The notes under the pieces are model-generated. The model made no database searches. It saw only the letters and a list, made by a program, of their open reading frames with translations, and was not told the DNA's origin. The position numbers and the translations under genes were made by a program. A DNA stretch of 64,000 nt. It comes from Cordylochernes scorpioides. Taxonomy: Eukaryota. Of this stretch, positions 56,247 through 64,000 are shown one piece after another; the first letter of the stretch is position 1, and every line of letters starts with the position of its first letter. Location of the stretch: assembly GCA_030710605.1 (NCBI GenBank), contig CP092864.1:139359418-139423417 (forward strand), given 5' to 3'.

Positions 56247-57839
56247 TTTTTATATATTTTATTTTTTGTTTTGTTTGAGGTAGGTAAAAAGTAAAAAAAA
56301 AGCTTCCGACTCCTACTAATCTATAGAAAATGTGGGACAAGCTATTTGGTCCCCTTAATATATTAGAAATTATTTTATTTATTGCAGTTTTTTTTTTTTA
56401 TTTCCCCGTATTTGATTTGTGAACAAGAAATGTGAAGCTGATGCATTTTTTTCAGCACACTTTTGTTAGTCCATAATCAAACTCTTAACTTTACCAGTAA
56501 TATCCCTTTTATAAATATTTATTTTATTAAAAAAAAAAAAAAAGGTAAATCTCCCATGATAATAGATACTAATGTCAAAGCTAAACCCCATCTATTGACC
56601 GTCGCCGCAAACTAGCGGCCTCAGGCATCCTTTGTCTTTTTAGATCAATATCCTCCCAGGAAAATTTCCATATATATATATATATCGTAATTTAAACAAT
56701 GTGATATGTAAATAATAAAGTATGACGTCCTTTCTAGTCATCTCAAAGTGACACCAGCTTGCGACCTGACACCTGGGGGATCCAGGTGGGGGAAAAAAGG
56801 GCGTTGGTCCAGATGTTGACAGTTAGTCAACATACAGGGGATATTTTCGGACAGCCTCGCTCAGTGGTACGCCATCATCATCTCATGACGGTCCCAGCAG
56901 CTTCAGGCTGGACGCCGAGCTTTTCCACAGTTAATTCTCAACTTTCCCCTGGCCCTGGTGCCACGTGAGACGTACTAGGAGAGCGTCTTTTGATCCCAAA
57001 CTTTGTCGTTACTGTCCCGTGCGGACTTCCCACTCTGGACACCTTGCCACTCAACCCCGACTGCTTCCAACTCACTGGTTGTCTTACCCAGGTTTACGAA
57101 ATATATATATTTCAATTCTTTCTCCTTTAGTTTCTTTTTTCATATTGCAGCCTTTTGAAGGACATATTATCCGAAAGCTCGCCAAGCTTACACCTCTTCA
57201 ATAAGGAAACTAGTTACTTTTACCTTTGGTCTCTTCCTAGCAATGGTACCCTGCGATTCCTCTCTCTCTCTCATACGAATCCTACTCAAAACCTTCAAGA
57301 CCCTGCTGAAAAATCAGCAAAAGAATCAAAGGAGGTGGTGGTGTCTTGTCCAATCATGGAAAGGGGAGTGCCATTGCCCCATTAGTCAGCCACATTTAAG
57401 AGTTCCCTGTTCACAGTTACCGTAGCAGCTTGGGGTTCACGGCACTGTACTTTGCCCTATAGGGCAGGCACTTACTTGTGCTGCTTCTCCCGCCTGCCAA
57501 GGAGGGGTTGGACTTCTGGGGAGCAAAAGAATCAATGACAAACATTTCAATTTTGAGCCTGAGGCAGACAACAAGCATGCAAATTCTTGCCACAATTGGG
57601 CTGATTGCCTGGAGCAGGAAGACCAGCTTTTCTCTCTCTCCTTTTGGAATTAGGCCCTATGTATTGACATCGCTCCAACCTAGCTGACTGACTGCAGTCT
57701 TCTAGATGGGGCAAAGCCTGTCAACTCATGTTATCTAGTTTTTGTGTCTTTTTTGATAGGAGATTTATTTTTCCTCTCTTTTCAATTATTGATTTTTCTC
57801 TCCAGGAAAAAAAATCATCTCTATTCGGTCATAATATTT

Positions 57840-57958
57840 ATTTTCACATTTGTAGACATGTGGTGCACTTATAGTAAAAGCAGTCACTTACTTCTACTTC
57901 TACCCACCTTGATTATCATGGCCCGTACCACGTGTACTAGGGATAAGCAAAAAAAAAA
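57840..57958 (+). mobile_element. SINE-2 3' part
   Basis: tttcacatttgtagacatgtggtgcacttatagtaaaagcagtcac…ctacccaccttgattatcatggcccgtaccacgtgtactagggataagcaaaaaaaaaaa. Confidence 0.6.
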
Positions 57959-57959
57959 A

Positions 57960-58245
57960 CCCGATTAAATGCTTTTATTCAAATACTATTCGTTACAATT
58001 ATAAATTGGCACCGTGGATGTCATTCTTGTATAATATATAAATGAGTTTTAAAAATTGTAAAAAAAAAAAAAATGCATCGGCCGGGAATCAAACCCGGGC
58101 CGCCCGCGTGGCAGGCGAGCATTCTACCACTGAACCACCAATGGTTATGAGAAATGGCCATATTTGGGTATTTATTCCATTCACAAAAGCAAACGGTGAC
58201 AGAATTGATTACGAAAGAATTGATTATGACGCTGATAACTGTATT
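57960..58245 (-). mobile_element. Helitron-like tRNA-Gly-carrying variant, 3'-truncated (no CTAG or hairpin)
   Basis: It starts 'cccgattaaatgcttttattcaaatactattcgttacaattataaattggcaccgtggatgtcattc…' and is colinear with 35569-35835. It abuts a SINE-2 tail at 57958. Confidence 0.5.
58074..58145 (-). pseudogene. tRNA-Gly(GCC)-like copy inside a Helitron-like element, acceptor stem degenerate
   Basis: Reverse complement is ccattggtggttcagtggtagaatgctcgcctGCCacgcgggcggcccgggtttgattcccggccgatgca. It has an A-run (oligo-T on the - strand) after the 3' end. Confidence 0.55.
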
Positions 58246-58416
58246 ATACTTAATAATAAAGTCTCTGAAATGTTTGCCTAATGGAGATGTGACATGTCAT
58301 CTCATGGCTTATTGGATCTCCCTAGCTACTACCAGCTGTCAGAGTTGGTGGTATCTAGGAGTTAAACACGTGGATCTACTCTCACTTTGATAAACTGACT
58401 GTCTTCTGTGTGCCAG

Positions 58417-58490
58417 CCGGCAGACTCACCACAGACGATGAAGTGGAGGAAATGTTGGAATCCGGTAATGCTGAGGTCTTCTCTCAAGGA
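58417..58490 (+). CDS. STX1: syntaxin-1-like exon (TGRLTTDDEVEEMLESGNAEVFSQG)
   Basis: Acceptor tgtgtgccag|cc at 58416, donor caa gga|gtaagt at 58491. The peptide aligns with 'TGRTTTSEELEDMLESGNPAIFASG'. Confidence 0.85.
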
Positions 58491-58859
58491 GTAAGTTTAT
58501 AAATTTATGATTAAAACATCTCTAAAAAACTCAATAGCATAAATAAGAAAATAGACAATCCTGACATCTATGGTGTTTTCCTTACTGGTATCTCTTAAAG
58601 CTTTAATGTAATAGTTTCTGTGTTATCTCGAGCCTTTTCTCCATCTATATTTATTTAATAGCATTTTTTTCTACTTTGCATCTTCTTTCTTTTCACGCTG
58701 TTTATACAAATTACCTCTGCTATATATATTTGAGAAGCTCTTGCCATTGGTATCCATCTTGCTATGTGATAGCCGCCTGTAGAAGGGTTTTTACCCGAAA
58801 GCTTGTGCTCGTTTTATATAAAAAAAGACACCCATCTTCCTTATCGCCTGGTTCATTTA

Positions 58860-59230
58860 AAAAAAACACAATTTGGATTATATATAATCCAAATATATAT
58901 ATATAATAGTGTGACATTTCGGTAGCAGCATTGTTACCATCATCAAACAAAAGAATAGATGAGTTATTTATTCTTTTGTCTGATAATGGTAACAATACTC
59001 TTACCAAAACGTCACACACTATTAAATTATTATAAAGAATAAATGAGTTATTTATTCTTTTGTCTGATGATGGTAACAATGCTGTTACCAAAACGTCACA
59101 CACTATTAAATTATTATAAAGAATAGATGAGTCATTTATTCTTTTGTCTGATGATGGTAACAATGCTGTTACCAAAACGTCACACGCTATTAAATTATTT
59201 GGATTAGGTCTTATTTTCTTGTATTAATAA
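58860..59230. mobile_element. MITE-1 copy whose right arm is triplicated in tandem (~88-bp unit × 3)
   Basis: The unit 'aatagatgagttatttattcttttgtctgatgatggtaacaatgctgttaccaaaacgtcacacactattaaattattataaag' repeats at 58965, 59040 and 59125. Confidence 0.6.
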
Positions 59231-60049
59231 ATGTATATAGTAGCTCTATAGATAACTACTTCTCTACACCAAATTCCCTGATAGGTTCTTTACTCAAACA
59301 TGGACAAAGCTTAAGGAAGTGGAAAGTCTTTGATGTTGTCTTCAAAGAAACTTTGAATGAAACAGAGGCATCTCCTGATGGTGCAACTAAAAGTATCTGA
59401 TGGCTTTCACCAAGCATGTCAAACTCAAATCCTAACACTGGCCAAATAAAAAAGTAATAAGATTATGTGGGCCGCAAAAAAAAAGAAAACAAGTAATTAA
59501 ATTTTTATAGTAACATATATGTAGGCTTATTTTAAAAAATACTAATAAGAAAAAAGAAAGTAAAGTTAATATTTTCTCCCTGATATTTGGCATCTCTTTT
59601 CTGCTACCATCTTTCCTACTTATTTTATATTTTTTTTTATTAAAATATATTGTCTGGTGGGCCGCAAATTTATTCGTTGTGGGCCGCATGAGGCCCGCAG
59701 GCCGCAAGTTTGACATGCTTGGCTTACCCCATCTGTCAGAAATAATATCATCGTTGATTTTTAATTATGCCAGAAAAATCAATGATTAGGTGATATATAT
59801 TCCAACAGATAGTACAAGCCATCAGCAAATTTCAGTTGCACCATCAGGAGATGCCACTTTCTTAATTTATCAACCTGATCTCAGTACAATTTCACTTTTG
59901 TACTGTTTTTTTTTCACGGAGGCAATTTTGTTAACACTTAGTTATCTCATGTCTTAAATAAAGGTCACTGTAATATCTTTCAGAGTTATTGTCTGAATCT
60001 CGATATTCCTGCTAAAAGGTACAATTTCCTTGTTGTTGTTGTTGTTTCT

Positions 60050-60145
60050 TATCCCCTCATGTAAAGATTACACAAATTCCATGAGTTCATGCTCCTCGAG
60101 CTGTTTTATGATAAGCAGCGGTCTCTCTCAAAGGTCCTGTTTAAC
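60050..60145 (-). mobile_element. LINE-a 3' fragment with (AAC)n tail
   Basis: + strand 'gttgttgttgttgtttcttatcccctcatgtaaagattacacaaattccatgagttcatgctcctcgagctg…'. Confidence 0.5.
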
Positions 60146-60466
60146 AACTTCCTTAAGTTTTCATTATGTTTTTTTTTTTTTGGCTTAATTTCCGAGTTGA
60201 GTACTTCATTTTTTCTTTTCAGGGAAGAATTTTTCATTAATAAAATCAATTTCTTTATACTTGCAGAATAATTTTAGCATGTCATTGTTTCTTTAAAATA
60301 CCTTCTTTCTTTTTAAAATGGCCTTTTTGAATTTTTAAGCTCTAAATTCACTTTAAAATGATGTTTATTATTTCAAAAGATAGGTGGATGACTCCATTTT
60401 ATTTATTAATCAGGAAAGTGAACAAAAAAATATTGGATACTTTCAACGATGTGTGAAACTCCACCT

Positions 60467-60770
60467 TTGCCGGTCCCAAGCCCGGATGAAAAAGGAGGAG
60501 GGGGGGGCAGTAAAAAAGCTCACTAAAAAAACCTGGGCTCAGCTGGCCCGGCTGATAGTACCCTGTAAGGGCTCCTGATCCAGGTATACAGGATGAACAG
60601 CGTTTGTACTCCGTGTTATGAGCGGCTGCACATGGTGTCTGTTCCTTATGTAAGAGGCAACCATTTCTTTTGGAGCTAAGTTGGCCTTGCCACTGAGTAG
60701 TGCTCCCCATCTTAATGAATAAGGCAGATGCATTCTACTTCACCCAGTGTGGAGATAAGAAAGAAGAGAA
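60467..60770 (+). mobile_element. SINE-1 copy, short-tail variant (+)
   Basis: ttgccggtcccaagcccggatgaaaaaggaggagggggggg… through …cacccagtgtggagataagaaagaagagaac. Confidence 0.65.
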
Positions 60771-61089
60771 CAATCTATGTCCTGATATCAATTCCTTAAG
60801 ATTTGTCCATGAGTGTATCTTCTCAGAATTGGATGTGGGGAAAAATGTTTCCTACCTTGGAAAACTCTTGCAATAAAGAACCTCATTGAAGCCTTCTCTT
60901 TTCAAAGTCAATGAAGAGTTATAGAGAAGAATCCTAAGGTAACAAGACAAATGATTATTCTAGAAATGATGTTTTAATCAGAAATATTGCATATAGAGTA
61001 ACCTCTGTAATATACAACACTTGCAATAATTCCATGGTCAAGTTCATACCCAATTTAACAGCCTATAAATCAACATCCCCTCAAATGCC

Positions 61090-61235
61090 CTCTAGAGTTT
61101 AGATTTTTTTGGCTTGCATTAGATGCACTAAAAAAGGACCTTTGGGACAGGCAGCTGCTTATCATGAAATAGCTCGAGGAGCATGAACTCATGAAATATG
61201 TGTAATTTTTACACAAGGGGATAAAAAACGTCAGA
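61090..61235 (+). mobile_element. LINE-a 3' fragment
   Basis: ggcttgcattagatgcactaaaaaaggacctttgggacaggcagctgcttatcatgaaatagctcgaggagcatgaactcatg…ttacacaaggggataaaaaac. Confidence 0.5.
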
Positions 61236-61439
61236 GTTCAGAGAGATATTTGCAATGAGTATAATTGGAGATTACCTTAGGTTTTTATAAGGGAAGATTC
61301 ATTATATCCCAGGTTTGTTTTAGTGGGGTTTCACCGTACTTGTAACAAAGATACTTGTTGCTCTTTTATTTTCTTTTTATCAAATGTGGATAGATAGATA
61401 TATTCCCCTTCCACTTGATCTGGTGGACTGTAAGAGCAA

Positions 61440-61545
61440 TTAAAGAATGCATAAAGCTGCTTATCATCAAACAGCTCGAGGAGCAGGAAACTCATGGAAT
61501 CTGTGTAATCTATGCACAAAAGGATAAGAAACATCACAAAGCTGC
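61440..61545 (+). mobile_element. LINE-a 3' fragment
   Basis: …gctgcttatcatcaaacagctcgaggagcaggaaactcatggaatctgtgtaatctatgcacaaaaggataagaaac. Confidence 0.5.
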
Positions 61546-61602
61546 TGCCTGCTTTGAATCCAAGTTATCGCTACAACTTGTGTTTGCTGACTTGTGTTGT
61601 TT

Positions 61603-61758
61603 CTTATCCTCTTGTGTAAAGACTCAACAAATTCCATGTGTTCATGCTCCTCGAGCTGTTTGATGATAAGCAGCGGCCTCTCCCAAAGGTCCTGTTTAAA
61701 TGCAAGACAAAATGTGTTCTGAAGCTGCAGGTGCCAAGCTATATTTTGGGCAAGTGGG
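61603..61758 (-). mobile_element. LINE-a 3' fragment, inverted relative to the 61440-61545 copy
   Basis: Reverse complement of '…ccacttgcccaaaatatagcttggcacctgcagcttcagaacacattttgtcttgcatttaaacaggacctttgggagaggccgctgcttatcatcaaacagctcgaggagcatgaacacatggaatttgttgagtctttacacaagaggataagaaac'. Confidence 0.5.
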
Positions 61759-61952
61759 GTAGATTTTGTTATTATTTTCTATCTTCGATGGGCTGTTCTA
61801 AATCTTGTTAGTGTTTTGATGCTGTCTATTTCTGAATTTCAGAGCTCCTCCTGGGTCCACTTCATTGTACCAGTTGTGCTTATGTGGGATCTTCCAGTTC
61901 TTGTTTATTTTTGTTTTAGCTACTGTCTCTATTTTGCTGGGTGTGGTGGCAG

Positions 61953-62087
61953 ATCGTGATCACCCAGAATGCCAGACAGACCCTGGCAGACATCGAAGCT
62001 CGCCACGAGGACATCACCAAGTTGGAGAAGAGCATCAGGGAACTCCACGAGATGTTTGTGGACTTGGCACTTCTGGTGGAGAATCAG
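61953..62087 (+). CDS. STX1: syntaxin-1-like exon, SNARE motif ([45 protein letters not shown])
   Basis: Acceptor ggtggcag|atc at 61952, donor aat cag|gtagct at 62088. The peptide is near-identical to the conserved syntaxin-1 SNARE helix '[37 protein letters not shown]'. Confidence 0.9.
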
Positions 62088-62339
62088 GTAGCTTACCTCT
62101 GCTCTGCTCTGGCTTCCTTCTAGCCCCTTCTTCTTCTTCTTTTTTTTTAATTAAAATCTAAATTGTTTTTGTATAATGTGTTCTTTCCCAATTCTTACAT
62201 AATTAGTATCATCACTGAATCTTTATTAAACCCTCTCCTCTCATTTGTTGGACTTCAAATGGGTTGGAATGGTTTTTCAATGAAGCTATTGAATCTTAAC
62301 CCAAACTTGACAATCTTGTTATGGAAATACCAAATTGAT

Positions 62340-62400
62340 TATAACTAGAGTAAAATACAATTTAGATTAAAATCACAAGGTAACAAGACTTGAAACATAT
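62340..62400. mobile_element. MITE-1 fragment
   Basis: ctagagtaaaatacaatttagattaaaatcacaaggtaacaagacttgaaac. Confidence 0.35.
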
Positions 62401-62404
62401 ATAA

Positions 62405-62896
62405 GCAATGGATGGATATAATCTATATTTATATAAAAATGAATGTATGTGTGTCTGTCCTTTATGCCTGACCAAACCACTCATTGGAACGCCATGAAAC
62501 TTTGGGAAGTTATTTAGTATAGTACTGGGAAGGTTTCTAGCAAATAAAATTTTTGAAATAACTTTTCGCCTAAAAATAATCAAAATAAATATTCTAATTT
62601 ATCTGTTATAATTCAACAATCTACTCTAAATATTATCATGATTTTGTAATGTAGAAAATTAGGAAAGACAAAATTCAGGATGACACGGCAATTTATTTGA
62701 GACAAGAATAATGATACAATTCCAAGGCAAGATACTATTCCTTTAACTTCCAATTACCGAGGGAACCAATTAATATTGATTTTATTCAACTTATCGAGTA
62801 TTTTTCAAGGGATCGGGAAAAAATGTTCACTTTATCGAGAGATTCGTTAGATAAATCTTTACTCTGGTAAAACCCGGGCGAAGCCGGGTACATCCT
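62405..62896 (+). mobile_element. Helitron-like element, family A, + orientation, 5' part shortened
   Basis: The 5' end is 'atatttatataaaaatgaatgtatgtgtgtctgtcc'. The 3' end is …aaacccgggcgaagccgggtacatcctCTAG|T (62893-62896). Confidence 0.55.
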
Positions 62897-63110
62897 CTAG
62901 TGATCTATAAAAATAAAGGTTGGCTCTCCCATCAAGTAGATGTCAAAACTAGACACCACCTAGTGACTGTCTCTGTAACTAGTGGACTCGAGTCGTTGAC
63001 AAAGCCAGAACACCCTCACTGATATGAGTTCACTAGTTAGTCTAGACAGTCAATAGATGGTGTCTAGGTTTGACATCTACTTTGATGGGAGAGCCAACTT
63101 TTATTCCTAT
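62895..63110. mobile_element. P2-family foldback element
   Basis: Arms are 'aaaggttggctctcccatcaagtagatgtcaaaactagacaccacctagtgactgtc' and its reverse complement. Confidence 0.6.
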
Positions 63111-63571
63111 ATATAATTAATCTGCCAAATACATATTTGACAATGACAATGAAAAGAAACTTTATTGACTATTTAGTCAATGATTACACTCAGCCAAGAG
63201 TCAATAATGGAAATATTTACAATCATCTGGATTCCGTCAGGAGCCCAGAGCCAGCCTGAGTTCAGACAATCCCCTGTGAATCATGGGATGGCAGTCGCGA
63301 ACATGCTCGGTGACAGTGCCGAGAAACTCAGCAAGAGCCAAATACATATTTGGATTTGGTCTTATTATCTTGGGGTTTTAGATCATATTTTAATGTGACC
63401 TATGTTCAAATTTTGATAACCATATTCATTGCAACAAGGATTTGATTAAGTTTTTATTAACCTTTTTGTGTTTTTAAATAGAAGTTTGTCATATTGTGAT
63501 CCATTCCTCTCTTCTTTCTCTCTTCTGAGCATCATTGATGATGAACAAACCAACCAAGTGAGACTGTGTAG

Positions 63572-63682
63572 GGGGAACTGATCAACAACATAGCCAGGAA
63601 TGTATCTACCACTGTGGACTACACTGTCAAAGGCAAGGAAGACATCGTCAAAGCACGGACACTACAGTCCAAGTACCTAAAG
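63572..63682 (+). CDS. STX1: syntaxin-1-like exon (GELINNIARNVSTTVDYTVKGKEDIVKARTLQSKYLK)
   Basis: Acceptor ctgtgtag|ggg at 63571, donor cta aag|gtaact at 63683. The peptide aligns with '[38 protein letters not shown]'. The TM-domain exon must be downstream of the window. Confidence 0.8.
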
Positions 63683-63769
63683 GTAACTACATTGTTTGAG
63701 AAAGGCTCAAGTATCCCTTTGTCCTGTAGGAATCCCTTTGATTTTGTTCATCTATAATCTCTCTCTGTT

Positions 63770-63885
63770 GTTGTTGTTGTTTCTTATCCCCTTGTGTAAA
63801 GATTACACAAATTCCATGAGTTCATGCTCCTCGAGCTGTTTTATGATGAGCAGCGGCCTCTCCCAAAGGTCCTGTTTAGTGCATC
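63770..63885 (-). mobile_element. LINE-a 3' fragment with (AAC)n tail
   Basis: + strand 'ctgttgttgttgttgtttcttatccccttgtgtaaagattacacaaattccatgagttcatgctcctcgagctgttttatgatgagcagcggcctctcccaaaggtcctgtttag'. Confidence 0.5.
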
Positions 63886-63944
63886 TCTCTCTGTGGATAA
63901 CTTAATCTCCAGCTTGTTTACATTGTTGAGCTACCGCACTATAT

Positions 63945-64000
63945 ACAGTAGAACCTCCACGAGAGGACACTAATGCTAGAAAACACCTCTCTATAAAGGA
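63945..64000. mobile_element. MITE-2 copy truncated by the window end
   Basis: atacagtagaacctccacgagaggacactaatgctagaaaacacctctctataaagga. Confidence 0.6.

Noticed and set aside
1-64000. Prokaryotic interpretation of the six-frame ORF track (operons, defence systems)
   Set aside because: There are no long ORFs apart from decayed transposases. The real gene is split into exons of 100 bp or less with GT-AG introns. The tRNA has a Pol III oligo-T terminator. The repeat content (SINEs, LINE tails, MITEs, Helitron-like elements) is metazoan.

Overview
This window is not prokaryotic. It is AT-rich, CpG-depleted metazoan (invertebrate-type) genomic DNA, saturated with interspersed repeats. The supplied six-frame ORF track is therefore mostly uninformative: its longest ORFs are decayed transposase fragments.

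The one host gene I can support is a syntaxin-1-like t-SNARE (STX1A / Syx1A family) on the + strand. Eight short coding exons lie between 7815 and 63682, all with canonical AG/GT splice sites and mutually consistent phases. They encode, in order: the N-terminus; the Habc region ('KKDHSIILTSPYDNK', 'KVDELMQDFKVRSKKVKTKLK'); the linker ('RLTTDDEVEEMLESGNAEVFSQG'); the SNARE motif ('[37 protein letters not shown]'); and 'GELINNIARNVSTTVDYTVKGKEDIVKARTLQSKYLK'. The transmembrane exon must lie beyond 64000. The introns (up to about 18 kb) are filled with transposable elements:
- Two Tc1/mariner elements, one Mos1-like, both with frameshifted transposases and TIRs.
- Two piggyBac elements with TTAA target-site duplications, one carrying a decayed full-length transposase and one internally deleted.
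- About 15 copies of a Helitron-like family whose terminus ends CTAG followed by host T, with an upstream CCCGGG hairpin. Three copies carry a tRNA-Gly(GCC) gene plus an oligo-T terminator.
- Two SINE families (about 17 copies of a ~370-bp (GAA)n-tailed SINE; about 9 copies of a tRNA-derived SINE). Their 3' tails resemble those of a LINE whose ORF2 C-terminal CCHC-knuckle fragments are also present. A second LINE 3' end is present as well.
- Two abundant MITE families (about 20 and about 13 copies), several further foldback/palindromic families, and SINE-derived satellites and minisatellites.

Notable structures are listed as findings: an ~865-bp near-perfect palindrome; a ~200-bp perfect palindrome; a MITE-in-MITE-plus-SINE nest; a mariner inserted into a Helitron-like element; a 104-bp direct duplication flanking a Helitron-like insertion; and a CpG-rich 'GTCGAATTA' motif cluster about 3.8 kb upstream of the syntaxin start that may be the promoter island.

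I find no CRISPR array, operon or novel defence-type system. The most interesting biology here is the tRNA-carrying Helitron-like family and the LINE/SINE 3'-tail partnership. All coordinates are from reading by eye and are approximate to a few bases at repeat boundaries.
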